DNA of 64,000 nt from an uncultured delta proteobacterium (lineage in GTDB: Bacteria; Myxococcota; Myxococcia; Myxococcales; Myxococcaceae). The stretch is taken from contig CAWCKH010000004.1 in the NCBI GenBank assembly GCA_963796055.1, positions 2,400,001 to 2,464,000 of the forward strand, given 5' to 3'. Positions 1 to 9,170 of this stretch are shown piece by piece (positions within the stretch are counted from its first letter, which is position 1; every line of letters begins with the position of its first letter). The notes under the pieces are model-generated. The model saw only the letters and a program-made list of their open reading frames with translations, did not search any database and was not told the origin of the DNA. Position numbers and translations under genes: made by a program.

Positions 1-1116
1 GAAGACCGGCTGACCCACGCCCTGGTAGCGCGCCGGCAGCTCGGGGTTGCCCGGCCCGAAGGCGCGGGTGGCTCCCTTCCTGTGGACGCAGAGACGCCGG
101 CCGGCGTGCTCCTCGAGCTTGGCGATGTTGTGCGCCACGTCGTAGACGAGCTCCATCCGGGCGTCTCCACAGCCGCCGAGGATCCGCTCGGCGACCGTCC
201 GCGCTCGGTGGCTGAGCACCTGGCGATTGGACCAGGCGAAGTTGGCCGCGGCGCACATCGCCGCGAAGTAGCTCTGCCCTTCCGGAGAGGAGAGCGGCGC
301 GCACGCCAGCTGACGATCCGGCAGCTCGATGCCGAACCGCGCGAGCGAGGCGTCCATCGTGCGCACCGCGTCGGTGCAGACCTGATGCCCGAGACCTCGG
401 GAGCCGGTGTGGATGAGGATCGTCATCTGGCCCGCGAAGAGGCCGAGGGCCGCGGCCGCTTTGTCGTCGAACACCGTCTCCACCTCCTCGACCTCGAGGA
501 AGTGGTTGCCGCCTCCCAGGGTTCCCAGCTGGTCACGCCCGCGCTCCCTGGCCCGGGCAGAGACGGCGGAAGGATCTGCAGCGGCCAGCCGGCCTCCGGA
601 TTCGATCCGCTCCAGGTCCTCCCGCGTCCCCAGGCCGAGCGAGCCGACGACGTACGGACAACCGTCGCTGAGGACCCGATCGAGCTCCTGGTCCGACAGG
701 GAGAGCCGTCCATGCCGGCCGTAGCCAGTGGGAATGCTCCTGCTCAGCTCGTGGACGAACGTCTCCAGCCGGGCGCCGATCTGCGCCCGGGTCAGCCGGG
801 AGGCCAGGAGACGGACGCCGCAGTTGATGTCGAAGCCGATGCCTCCAGGAGAGATGACCCCATCGGGGATCAAGGTGGCCGCGACGCCTCCGACCGGGAA
901 GCCGTACCCCTCGTGCATGTCCGGCATGCCGACCGCTCGGCCCCAGGTCCCGGGCAAGGTGGTGACGTTGATGAGCTGGTGCAGGCTCTGGTCGCGCGCG
1001 ATCTGGGTCATCAGCTCCCGGTCGGCGATGATCCGCGCCGGAACGTGCATCCCCGGAGCGGCCCCCTTGGGGATCTCGAAGACCACCTCGGAGATCTGAA
1101 CGGGGAGCGGATCCAT
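1..1116 (-). CDS. rtcB: RtcB family RNA 3'-phosphate/5'-OH ligase (3' end runs off the window)
   Basis: Not in the ORF track. Manual translation from ATG at 1116 gives MDPLPVQISEVVFEIPKG...GMPDMHEGYGFPVGGVAAT...ISPGGIGFDINCGVRLL...QLGTLGGGNHFLEV, which are RtcB motifs. Adjacent to archease. Confidence 0.95.
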   Translation of the reverse strand, partial: MDPLPVQISEVVFEIPKGAAPGMHVPARIIADRELMTQIARDQSLHQLINVTTLPGTWGRAVGMPDMHEGYGFPVGGVAATLIPDGVISPGGIGFDINCGVRLLASRLTRAQIGARLETFVHELSRSIPTGYGRHGRLSLSDQELDRVLSDGCPYVVGSLGLGTREDLERIESGGRLAAADPSAVSARARERGRDQLGTLGGGNHFLEVEEVETVFDDKAAAALGLFAGQMTILIHTGSRGLGHQVCTDAVRTMDASLARFGIELPDRQLACAPLSSPEGQSYFAAMCAAANFAWSNRQVLSHRARTVAERILGGCGDARMELVYDVAHNIAKLEEHAGRRLCVHRKGATRAFGPGNPELPARYQGVGQPVF

Positions 1117-1126
1117 CGGTCGTTCC

Positions 1127-1540
1127 TCACACGTCGAGCACGACGCTCGCCTGCCAGGTGCCGCCGCGGTTCTCCACGAAGAGGCCGTGGAGCGTCGCGG
1201 CCTTCACCTGAGTCCGGAGCCCCTCGGGAGACACGCCGGCGACCGCCGCCTGCATCTCGTCTTTGCCGACCCGCTCCACGCGAAAGCGGGTGAAGACCTG
1301 CTTCGAGGTTTCCGAGAGGAAGATGAGCTCGTTGAGCCACTCCACCAGGAGCGCCGCTCGATCTCGCGCCCGCACCGAGAGCCGCTGCTCGGCCCCCGGG
1401 GTGGTCGTGGCCGGGAGCTCTCCCAGCATGATCTCCGCCAGAGCCCGTCCGGCCTCGACGAAGAGCTCCTCGAGGGACGACGCGCTCAGCACCAGCCGGA
1501 CCTCGCCGGTGTGCTCCTCGAAGCGATGGTCCGCGGCCAT
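1127..1540 (-). CDS. Archease (RtcB activator)
   Basis: MAADHRFEEHTGEV...VKAATLHGL...ASVVLDV matches the archease H-T-x-D/E N-terminal motif and the KAxTxH / terminal DV motifs. Directly upstream of rtcB. Confidence 0.92.
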   Translation of the reverse strand: MAADHRFEEHTGEVRLVLSASSLEELFVEAGRALAEIMLGELPATTTPGAEQRLSVRARDRAALLVEWLNELIFLSETSKQVFTRFRVERVGKDEMQAAVAGVSPEGLRTQVKAATLHGLFVENRGGTWQASVVLDV

Positions 1541-1544
1541 GGGC

Positions 1545-2363
1545 TCAGCCCCACCGGAAGGTCGCGTAGAGGAGCACCAGCGGCCCGGTGAAGAGCACCG
1601 AGTCCACCCGGTCGAGCACTCCTCCATGCCCCGGGATGAGATGGCCGGAGGTCTTCACGCCCCGCGCGCGCTTGAGCAGTGACTTGCTCAGGTCTCCCAG
1701 TGGACCGAACACGGAGGTGAGGATGGCCACGACCGCGGCGTCCTTCCAGGAGAGTTGCACCAGGCGGGCAAGACACGCGGCCTCGGCGACGGCCAGCGCC
1801 CCGACGAAACCGCACCACCAGCCTTCCCAGGTCTTGCCAGGGCTGACCCGCGGTGCGAGGTGGTGCCGCCCGAAGCGGCGCCCTCCGAAATAGGCAGCGG
1901 CATCGTTGGTCGCCGCTGCCGCCAGCAGGCAGAGCACCCACCCCCGCCCTTGCTCCAGCTCGCGCAGTGCAGGCAGCGCCAGCAGAGACCCACCGCAGAA
2001 CACCGTCCCCGAGACCAGGGCCGATGCTCTCTGCGCGCCCTGGGCCGCATCGCCGCGCAGGACGTTCCAGGACCAGCTCAGGATCGAGATGCCCAGGACC
2101 AGCGCCGCGGCGATGCCCCAGCGTGGAGCAGAGGAGGGGAGCACCGGGAGGGCGGCGCTGGCGATGACGGCGAGCCACGCGTCGGGCCCGAGCCGTCCAA
2201 GCGCGAGCCGGAAGAACTCGAAGGACGCCAGAGCGGCGACAATCGCCACGCCGATTGCGAAGGGAAGACCTCCCAGCCAGACCAGCCCGATGACCGGAGG
2301 GATCAGGACCGCGGCGGCCAGAAGTCTCCGTCCGAGCTCGCGGTCTCGCGGCGCGGTCTCCAC
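1545..2363 (-). CDS. cdsA: Phosphatidate cytidylyltransferase (CTP_transf_1 family)
   Basis: Hydrophobic protein with SPGKTWEG and GDLSKSLLKRARGVKTSGHLIPGHGGVLDRVDS signature. Start taken at GTG 2363 and uncertain. Confidence 0.9.
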   Translation of the reverse strand: METAPRDRELGRRLLAAAVLIPPVIGLVWLGGLPFAIGVAIVAALASFEFFRLALGRLGPDAWLAVIASAALPVLPSSAPRWGIAAALVLGISILSWSWNVLRGDAAQGAQRASALVSGTVFCGGSLLALPALRELEQGRGWVLCLLAAAATNDAAAYFGGRRFGRHHLAPRVSPGKTWEGWWCGFVGALAVAEAACLARLVQLSWKDAAVVAILTSVFGPLGDLSKSLLKRARGVKTSGHLIPGHGGVLDRVDSVLFTGPLVLLYATFRWG

Positions 2364-2383
2364 GCTCGCTTCCGTCTCCGATG

Positions 2384-2614
2384 TCAGTCCCCGAGAGACC
2401 ACGGTTCCGTCGTGGGTCCGGTCCTCGGCACCCACGCCCCGTCGCTCTTGACGTAGGAACGCTTCACCGCCGCCCAGGCGATGCGGTGCGACATCGCGTC
2501 CTCGCCCCACCGCTCCCAGGCGTGGTTGAACGCGGCCCGGTAGATGTCCTGAGCATGCTCCGGGAGATGAGCTCGGACCCCGGCCGGGAGATCTTCGTTG
2601 CTGGCATAGGGCAT
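2384..2614 (-). CDS. chaB: ChaB family protein
   Basis: MPYASNEDLPAGVRAHLPEHAQDIYRAAFNHAW...AWAAVKRSY matches the ChaB family pattern. Confidence 0.9.
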   Translation of the reverse strand: MPYASNEDLPAGVRAHLPEHAQDIYRAAFNHAWERWGEDAMSHRIAWAAVKRSYVKSDGAWVPRTGPTTEPWSLGD

Positions 2615-2641
2615 CGGCGCGCCTCCGTGCCGGAGCAAACG

Positions 2642-2657
2642 TGCATCGCGCGAGCCA
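2642..2657 (-). promoter_or_regulatory. Putative sigma54 (-24/-12) promoter for chaB-cdsA-archease-rtcB
   Basis: Minus strand TGGCTCGCGCGATGCA has GG-N10-GC spacing, 27 nt upstream of the chaB ATG. Confidence 0.55.
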
Positions 2658-2948
2658 TGCCGATGGCTGGAGACTCCTGCTTCGGCAGCCCGCGTCCGAG
2701 GTGAGCGCATTTCTTGCGCGCATTCCATGCTCCGGCGTTTCCAGCCCCAGCTGGTCTGACCGAGTCTCTCGCTCTCTCCGTGCACGTGAGCGACAAGCGG
2801 AATTGCTGCGATGGCTGTGCCAGAGCTGTCGGATCCATGGCCACGCAATGAAGGACAGGTCATGCGACGGAGCGGGAGGGCAATGGTGCCTCCGGCTTCC
2901 TGATTGCTCATTTGCAACCTCGTCACCGAGCGCGGTCCTCGTCGCAAG

Positions 2949-2964
2949 CGGCACGGCCAGTGCA
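2949..2964 (+). promoter_or_regulatory. Putative sigma54 (-24/-12) promoter for the acetoacetate-decarboxylase-family gene
   Basis: CGGCACGGCCAGTGCA is close to TGGCACG-N4-TTGCW with exact GG-N10-GC spacing, about 50 nt upstream of ATG 3016. Confidence 0.6.
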
Positions 2965-3015
2965 GCCCCTCTTCATGCGTCCTCGCGAGCGCAACGCCTG
3001 AACAAGGAGAAGGCC

Positions 3016-3903
3016 ATGCGTCCATTCTTCGAAGGAACCCGGCCCGGGCGCGTCGTCGGTGCTGGCACCGCCGAGTTCGAGCTGCCCGTCCTGTATTTCC
3101 GCGATGACTCGTTTGGTGCCCTGTTCACCGCCGACCTCGCGCGGCTCCGGGCGGCGATGCCGAGCCAGAAGCTGTACCCCGTGCCACATTCCACGCCGGG
3201 TCGCGGGCTGGTCTACATCGGCTGCTACGACTACCTCGACACGAGCGTCGGTCCCTACGGGGAGGTGGCGGTGGCCGTCCCGGCGGTGTACGGGCGGCGT
3301 CCTCCGCCGCTGCTTCCCTCGGTGTTCGAGGGCCGGTGGCCAGGCTTCGGAGCCGTGATCCTGCATTTGCCGGTGACCACCCGCCTGACGCGAGACGGCG
3401 GGCGTGCCTACTGGGGCTACGCCAAGTTCGTCGCCGACATGCGGTTCCAGAGCAACCCCGAGTTCCAGGAGTGCCGTCTGGATGAGGGCGGAAAGCACAT
3501 CCTCACGCTTCGGGTGGTGAAGCGCGGGCCCCCGCTGCCGGACAGACGCCCGCTCATCACCTACTCGGTGAAGGACGGGGCGCTTCTCCGGACCACGATC
3601 CCCCAGTCAACCATCGTCCGCACGGCGCTCGGTACCGGTGGGTCGTCCTTGCAGCTCGGTGACTCCCATCCGGTCGCGTCCTCGATCCACGAGCTGGGGA
3701 TCGATCCCCGTCCAGTGATGACCCGCTCCTACCTCGACCGGAGCGCGATTCTTCCGGAGGGGGAGGTCGTGGAGCAGAGCGTCCGGCCCCTGGAGGGTTA
3801 CCTGGGCGCGGAGAGGGAGGAGGGCGAGTTGCTGACCACGCACTTGCCCACGGCGGTTCCTCCGCCCAGCGCGCCCGAGATGCGCGCGGGAGCGAGCGAC
3901 TGA
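3016..3903 (+). CDS. Acetoacetate decarboxylase family protein
   Basis: AAGGAG RBS then MRPFFEG. Contains YLDTSVGPYGEVAVAVP and LHLPVTT...GRAYWGYAKF (ADC-like Schiff-base Lys region). Confidence 0.75.
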   Translation: MRPFFEGTRPGRVVGAGTAEFELPVLYFRDDSFGALFTADLARLRAAMPSQKLYPVPHSTPGRGLVYIGCYDYLDTSVGPYGEVAVAVPAVYGRRPPPLLPSVFEGRWPGFGAVILHLPVTTRLTRDGGRAYWGYAKFVADMRFQSNPEFQECRLDEGGKHILTLRVVKRGPPLPDRRPLITYSVKDGALLRTTIPQSTIVRTALGTGGSSLQLGDSHPVASSIHELGIDPRPVMTRSYLDRSAILPEGEVVEQSVRPLEGYLGAEREEGELLTTHLPTAVPPPSAPEMRAGASD

Positions 3904-3980
3904 TTGGGGGTGCCGCGCAATGCTCCGCGTGCGTCACGCCTGGCGAGCAGCACACCAGGAGCACAACGATCCGTGACGGC

Positions 3981-5531
3981 TCAGTCTTGGGAGGGAGGAA
4001 GCCGACGCAAGTTCAGCTTCTTCATCTTGCTCTGCAGGGTGGACGGCTTCAGCCCGAGGACCTCCGCCGCACCGCCCGGCCCGTAGATCCGCCCCCGCGT
4101 CGCCTGGAGCACGCGGGTGATGTGCTGGCGGGTGGCCTCCGCCAGGGTGGGCAAGTCGCCGTCCCGCGGCCGGCCCTCGCGGCGCCTCCGTCCCGGCAGG
4201 TCGATGACCTCGGGGCCGAGCTCCTCACCCGCGGCAAGGATCAGCGCGCGCTCGAGGACGTTGGCCAGCTCGCGCACGTTCCCCGGCCAGTCATGGGCCT
4301 CGAGCCGCGCCAGCGCCTCGGGGGTGAGCCGCCGCACCGTCTTCCCGGTGCGCCGGGCCAGACCCTCGAGCAATCCCTCGGCGAGCGGCGCCACGTCCTC
4401 GCGGCGCTCGCGCAAGGGCGGCAGCTCCAGTGGAAACACGTCGAGCAGGTAGAAGAGGTCCTCGCGGAACCGCCCGGCTGCCACCGCGGCCTCGAGGTCG
4501 GCATGGGTCGCGGCCAGCACGCGCACGTCCACCCGGACGGCGCGGTCGCTCCCCACCGGCTCGAACTCGCCGTCCTGCAGCACCCGGAGCAGCCGGGTCT
4601 GGAGGGCCGGGGGCAGCTCCGAGACCTCGTCGAGGAACAGCGTGCCGCCATTGGCCACCACCAGCCGTCCAGGACGGGCGCGGCCGGCGCCGGCGAACGC
4701 TCCCTCCACGTGGCCGAACAGCTCGAGCTCCAGCGCGCCCTCCGGGACCGGGGCGCAGCTCAGGGAGACGAAGGGGTGGTCGGCCCGGGCCGACCAGGCG
4801 TGGATGGCGCGGGCCAGGCGCTCCTTGCCGCTCCCCGGCTCGCCGCGGATGAGCACCGGGGTCTGCGCCCGGGCCACCTGGCGCGCGCGGCGCAGCAGAG
4901 CGTGCATCGCAGGGCTGCGCAGCCTGGCATCCAGCTCCCGTCGGCCGCCGAGCTCCTCCTCGAGCAGCTTGGCGTGGGCGTGGTCCTGCTGGTGGAGCCG
5001 CTCCAGGGTGACCGTCTTGCCCGCCCCCTGGATGGCCATCGCCAGGAGCTGCGCGTAGACCTCGACCAGGTTGACCACCGGCGGCGGGTAGACCTCGCAC
5101 ACGCTGCGGTCCAGGGTGAGCACGCCCAGCGTCTGATCTCCGGCCACGAGGGGAGCCACCAGGCAGGCGTGTCCCGGCGGAAGGTCCAGCACGTGGTCGA
5201 ACGGGTCTCCATCGCCGTGGCGATGGTCTGCCTCGAGAAACGTGCGCGCCCGTCTCGTCTCCAGCGCCTCGCGGATCGAAGGGAACTCCTCGAGCTGGAG
5301 CGCGTGGTGGCGGACGCGATCGTCGGCGAGGGGACCACGGGCGGCCCGCACCACCAGCCGGCCCTGCTCGAGCACGAACACCGTTGCCAGATCGTACGGT
5401 GCCACACGGGCCAGCCAGTCGAGGCCGCGGCGGAGCACCTCGTCCACGGCCTGCTCGGAGCCCACCAGCGTGGCCAGCTCCTGGAGGTCGCGGGCGAGAT
5501 CCACCGGCTGAAGGGAAGCGGCCGCGGTCAT
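3981..5531 (-). CDS. GAF-domain sigma54-type (Fis/FhlA-like) transcriptional regulator with degenerate AAA+ motifs
   Basis: N-terminal GAF, Walker A GEPGSGKE, Walker B LFLDE, WPGNVREL, FhlA-like HTH (GRIYGPGGAAEVLGLKPSTLQSKMKKL). GAFTGA is GAFAGA. Confidence 0.9.
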   Translation of the reverse strand: MTAAASLQPVDLARDLQELATLVGSEQAVDEVLRRGLDWLARVAPYDLATVFVLEQGRLVVRAARGPLADDRVRHHALQLEEFPSIREALETRRARTFLEADHRHGDGDPFDHVLDLPPGHACLVAPLVAGDQTLGVLTLDRSVCEVYPPPVVNLVEVYAQLLAMAIQGAGKTVTLERLHQQDHAHAKLLEEELGGRRELDARLRSPAMHALLRRARQVARAQTPVLIRGEPGSGKERLARAIHAWSARADHPFVSLSCAPVPEGALELELFGHVEGAFAGAGRARPGRLVVANGGTLFLDEVSELPPALQTRLLRVLQDGEFEPVGSDRAVRVDVRVLAATHADLEAAVAAGRFREDLFYLLDVFPLELPPLRERREDVAPLAEGLLEGLARRTGKTVRRLTPEALARLEAHDWPGNVRELANVLERALILAAGEELGPEVIDLPGRRRREGRPRDGDLPTLAEATRQHITRVLQATRGRIYGPGGAAEVLGLKPSTLQSKMKKLNLRRLPPSQD

Positions 5532-5553
5532 GGGCCGACTCTAACCGGTCGAC

Positions 5554-5612
5554 CACCGATGTGCCGGTGAATTCGCCCCTCTGCCGCCGCCGTCGGTACC
5601 GATATTACGGTG
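5554..5612. promoter_or_regulatory. Two palindromic operator-like sites, (C/T)ACCG-N6-CGGTG
   Basis: CACCGATGTGCCGGTG at 5554-5569 and TACCGATATTACGGTG at 5597-5612, 43 bp apart, in the divergent regulator/ahpC intergenic region. Confidence 0.6.
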
Positions 5613-5753
5613 GTCATGGGCCTTAGTAAAGTGGGCAAGTAGATGATTTGCTTGCGTTTTGACATCACGCACCGCATCAAGATGGGGTTGGCTGGCGCCA
5701 GCCGGCTTCCAGGCCATCGAACAACCGAAAGACCACGAAGGAGCACAAGGACA

Positions 5754-6308
5754 ATGCTGACCGTTGGAGACAAGTTTCCCGAGTACAACCTCAAGGCGGT
5801 GGTGAGCCTGGAGAAGGGGAAGGAGTTCAAGGACATCACCCACAAGGACTCCCCGGGCAAGTGGAAGGTCGTCTTCTTCTGGCCGATGGACTTCACGTTC
5901 ATCTGTCCGACGGAGATCGCCGAGTTCGGAAAGCAGAACGGCCAGTTCCTCGAGCGCGACGCTCAGGTCCTCGGCGCGAGCACCGACACCCACTTCGTCC
6001 ACCTCGCCTGGCGGAAGGACCATCCGGATCTCCGGAACCTCCCCTTCCCGATGCTGGCGGACACCAGGCGCGAGCTGTCGACCCAGCTGGGCATCCTCCA
6101 CAAGACCGACGGCGTGCCGCTCCGGGCGACCTTCATCGTCGATCCCGAGGGCATCATCCGCTGGGCGAGCGTGAACGACCTCAGCGTGGGCCGGAGCGTC
6201 CCCGAGGTGCTCCGCGTGCTCGACGGCCTGCAGACCGACGAGCTCTGCCCCTGCAACTGGAAGCAGGGCGACGAGACCCTCAGCCAGAAGCTGAAGAAGG
6301 CCAGCTGA
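5754..6308 (+). CDS. ahpC: Peroxiredoxin (alkyl hydroperoxide reductase C)
   Basis: FFWPMDFTFICPTEI peroxidatic Cys motif and C-terminal ELCPCNW. RBS upstream of ATG 5754. Confidence 0.96.
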   Translation: MLTVGDKFPEYNLKAVVSLEKGKEFKDITHKDSPGKWKVVFFWPMDFTFICPTEIAEFGKQNGQFLERDAQVLGASTDTHFVHLAWRKDHPDLRNLPFPMLADTRRELSTQLGILHKTDGVPLRATFIVDPEGIIRWASVNDLSVGRSVPEVLRVLDGLQTDELCPCNWKQGDETLSQKLKKAS

Positions 6309-6826
6309 TGAATGCGCTGGAGTCCCTCCGCAACGCCATCCCCGACGCGGCGAAGGATCTCCGGCTGAACCTGGGCGGCGTCCTGCAGCCGGGGACGCTG
6401 ACCAAGGAGCAGATCTGGGGCACGGCGGTGGCCTGCGCCATCGCCAGCCGGAATCCGCAGCTGCGCCAGGCCACGCTGGAGGATGCGCTGACCCACGTCT
6501 CCGCCGAGGTGGTGGAGGACGGGAAGGCCGCCGCGGCGCTGATGGGGATGAACAACGTGTACTACCGCTTCCGGCACATGGTGGGCCGGGACGAGTACGC
6601 CCAGAAGCCTGCCCGGCTGCGGATGCAGCGGCTGGCGCAGGTGGCCACCAACAAGACCGACTTCGAGCTCTTCTGCCTCGCGGTGAGCGCGATCAACGGC
6701 TGCGAGAGCTGCATCCGCTCGCACGAGCGGGTGGTCCTCGAGGGCGGGTTGACCGAGGACCACGTCAACGACGCGGTCCGCATCGCCGCCACCTTCCACG
6801 GGGCGGCGGTCGCGCTGGAGATGTGA
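6308..6826 (+). CDS. ahpD: Alkyl hydroperoxide reductase AhpD
   Basis: MGMNNVYYR and SAINGCESCIRSH (CxxC) motifs. TGATG overlap with ahpC. Confidence 0.95.
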   Translation: MNALESLRNAIPDAAKDLRLNLGGVLQPGTLTKEQIWGTAVACAIASRNPQLRQATLEDALTHVSAEVVEDGKAAAALMGMNNVYYRFRHMVGRDEYAQKPARLRMQRLAQVATNKTDFELFCLAVSAINGCESCIRSHERVVLEGGLTEDHVNDAVRIAATFHGAAVALEM

Positions 6827-6889
6827 CGCGGAAACGGGGCGCGGCATGCGAGGCTGTCCCGGATGCCTGCCCGGGACTCGATGCGATCC

Positions 6890-7615
6890 ATGCGGCCCGT
6901 CCTCGCCCTGCTCGTCCTCGCCCTGGTGGGCGGCGCCCTGGCCCGGTATGTCGCGGGCGTGGGCGCCGGAGCACGCAGCACTGCCGCGGTGGTGGTCACC
7001 TTCGGTGACTCGCTGACCGAGGGCTCCGGGTTCACCCATCCCTGGCCGGAGGTGCTCGCCCGGCGGCTACGGGCCCGCGGTGGCCAGCGCCCGGTCACGG
7101 TGGTCAACGCCGGGATCGGTGGCAACCGTCTCCTCCGCGACGGCTACGGCGAGAGCGGGCTCGCCCGGTTCGAGCGCGACGTCCTGGCCCGCCCGGGCGT
7201 GCGCTGGGTCACGGTTCTCGCCGGCATCAACGACCTCGGCTTTCCTGGCGGCGTCGAGCCGGACGCCCCCCGGGTGACCGCGGAGGAGCTCATCGCTGCC
7301 CATCGCCAGCTCATCGCCCGTGCCCACGCGGTCGGGGTGAAGGTCTACGTCGGCACGCTTCTTCCGTTCGAGGGTACCGACAGCCCGGGGTTTTTCGCTC
7401 CGGACAAGGAGCGAGCACGGCAGGCGGTGAACGCCTGGATCCGGACCTCCGGCGAGCCCGACGCGGTCATCGACTTCGAGGCCATCACCCGGGACCCGGA
7501 CCATCCGACGCGGCTCCGCCCCGCCCACGACAGCGGCGACCACCTGCACCCCAACGCCGCCGGGCACCGCGCGATGGGCGAGGCCGTCGATCTCGGTCTG
7601 TTCAGGGACGAGTGA
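6890..7615 (+). CDS. SGNH/GDSL hydrolase, probably exported
   Basis: FGDSLT, NAGIGGN, GIND and DHLHPN blocks, with a signal-like N-terminus. Start uncertain (6863-6890). Confidence 0.9.
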   Translation: MRPVLALLVLALVGGALARYVAGVGAGARSTAAVVVTFGDSLTEGSGFTHPWPEVLARRLRARGGQRPVTVVNAGIGGNRLLRDGYGESGLARFERDVLARPGVRWVTVLAGINDLGFPGGVEPDAPRVTAEELIAAHRQLIARAHAVGVKVYVGTLLPFEGTDSPGFFAPDKERARQAVNAWIRTSGEPDAVIDFEAITRDPDHPTRLRPAHDSGDHLHPNAAGHRAMGEAVDLGLFRDE

Positions 7616-7643
7616 CGGATGGCGCCAGGCCCTGGGTCCCCGC

Positions 7644-9170
7644 TCACGGTTTCCGTCCGCTCCCCGGGAAGAAGAGCTCGACCCGCGTGCCCTGACCCGC
7701 GCGGCTGTGGAGGTGGACGGTCCCGTGATGGGCCTCGACCGCCTGGCGCACGAACGCCAGGCCCAGCCCGGTCCCTCCGGGCTTGGTCGTGAAGTGCTCC
7801 TCGAAGGCCCGGTCGAGGACCCGGGCCTCCATGCCGTGCCCGGTATCCTCGATCTGGATGCGCACGCCCGGAGCCGGGGTCTGGACCGCCTCGTTCCGGA
7901 TGGTGAGCGTGCCGCCTCCGGGCATCGCCTCGATCGCGTTCCGGACGAGGTTGTGCACGATGACCGAGAAGACCTCCTCGTCCAGCAGGGCCTCGAACGG
8001 GCCGGCGCCGAGCAGGGTCCGCAGCTCGATCTGCTGTCTCGCGAGATGGTCGGCTGGCAGCTCCCGCTCGAGGAGCGCGCGGGTGTCGACCAGCCTCGGC
8101 TCGAGCTTCATCCCCCCCAGCCGTCGGTAGCGACCGATCACCGCCTTCATTCGCTGCACTTGAAGCCCCAGCCGCTCGAGCTGCTGGCTGTGGCGCTCGA
8201 GGACCACCGCTCCCGGAGCCAGGTCGTGGCGGAGGAGGTCCACCGTGCCGTCCAGCGCTGCCAGCGGATTCAGGAGGTCGTGCGCGAGCTGATCCGACAT
8301 CCGCCCCAGGGTGACGAGCGGGACGAGCTGCCGGGCCGCGCGCTGCCCCCTGCGCCAGAGCGGGAGAGCGAGGCCCAGGATCAAGGTGATGGCGGCGAGC
8401 GAGGCGAAGAGCTGTACCGCCGGACGGGGCGGGAGCGCGCGGAAGGCGGAGACGAGCACCGCGGTCGCCACCAGCGCGAGAACGATCGCGACCAGGGTTC
8501 GCTGGGTGGGCGGGGCCTCGTCCAGCAGGCGGAGCCGGAGCGCCACCACCAGCAGCACGCCATTCCCGGCGAGCATCCCCAGCGTCGCCAGGCGCGGCAT
8601 CGTTGCGCCCGCCCCGGCGAGCAGACCGGTGAGACCTCCCGCGCAGGCCACGCCGAGTCCGGCGGTGAGCATGAGCGTCCGGTCCCGTTCCACGCCGCGC
8701 GGCAGGCGCCGCAGGTAGGTGAGGAGCAGCCCGAGGAGGGCGGCGATGGCCGGCACGAGGAGGACCAGGAAGGTCGCCGACCACCACGGACCGAGCACCA
8801 GGATGCGCACCGGCTGGAGGAAGAAGGCCAGGACGCCCAGGGAGGAGAGCAGGCCGGAGCCGGCGTAGGCCACGCGCAGCCAGCGACGGAGCCTCCTCCG
8901 CTGGCCGACGAAGGTGACCACGAACGCCAGCGCCAGGGCAGCCGTCCAGGGAGAGGCGCTGGCACCGAGCCAGTGCCAGGTGAGCTGGCCCGAGACCGAG
9001 TACGCGAACTCGGCGAACGTCCAGGTGCCGAGGCCGAGGCTGAGCACCCCGGCGAGCGTGGCAAGCCGATCCGGATCGCGCCGGGTCAGCGCCACGCCGG
9101 CGGCCAGGAACTCGCCGGTGCACGCCACGAGGGCGATCCACTGGTCGGCCGTCCAGGCAGGAATAGGCAT
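7644..9170 (-). CDS. Membrane-bound sensor histidine kinase
   Basis: About 7 TM segments, H-box LAHDLLNPL, N-box NLVRNAIEAM, DTGHGM, FTTKPGGTGLGL. Confidence 0.92.
   Translation of the reverse strand: MPIPAWTADQWIALVACTGEFLAAGVALTRRDPDRLATLAGVLSLGLGTWTFAEFAYSVSGQLTWHWLGASASPWTAALALAFVVTFVGQRRRLRRWLRVAYAGSGLLSSLGVLAFFLQPVRILVLGPWWSATFLVLLVPAIAALLGLLLTYLRRLPRGVERDRTLMLTAGLGVACAGGLTGLLAGAGATMPRLATLGMLAGNGVLLVVALRLRLLDEAPPTQRTLVAIVLALVATAVLVSAFRALPPRPAVQLFASLAAITLILGLALPLWRRGQRAARQLVPLVTLGRMSDQLAHDLLNPLAALDGTVDLLRHDLAPGAVVLERHSQQLERLGLQVQRMKAVIGRYRRLGGMKLEPRLVDTRALLERELPADHLARQQIELRTLLGAGPFEALLDEEVFSVIVHNLVRNAIEAMPGGGTLTIRNEAVQTPAPGVRIQIEDTGHGMEARVLDRAFEEHFTTKPGGTGLGLAFVRQAVEAHHGTVHLHSRAGQGTRVELFFPGSGRKP

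Noticed and set aside
82..1293. 403-aa plus-strand ORF, and many similar long antisense or alternate-frame ORFs across the window (e.g. 3987-5570, 13484-15871, 37161-39293, 48656-50998)
   Set aside because: Shadow ORFs caused by high GC. They overlap genes with clear family motifs on the other strand or frame and have no motifs of their own.
3981..5531. RtcR, the activator of rtcB
   Set aside because: The N-terminal domain is GAF-like, not CARF. The gene is divergent from ahpCD and its sigma54-contact motif is degenerate.
5630..5700. OxyR box or sigma70 promoter upstream of ahpC (TTGACA at 5659-5664)
   Set aside because: No ATAG-N7-CTAT periodicity and no acceptable -10 hexamer at 16-18 nt spacing.
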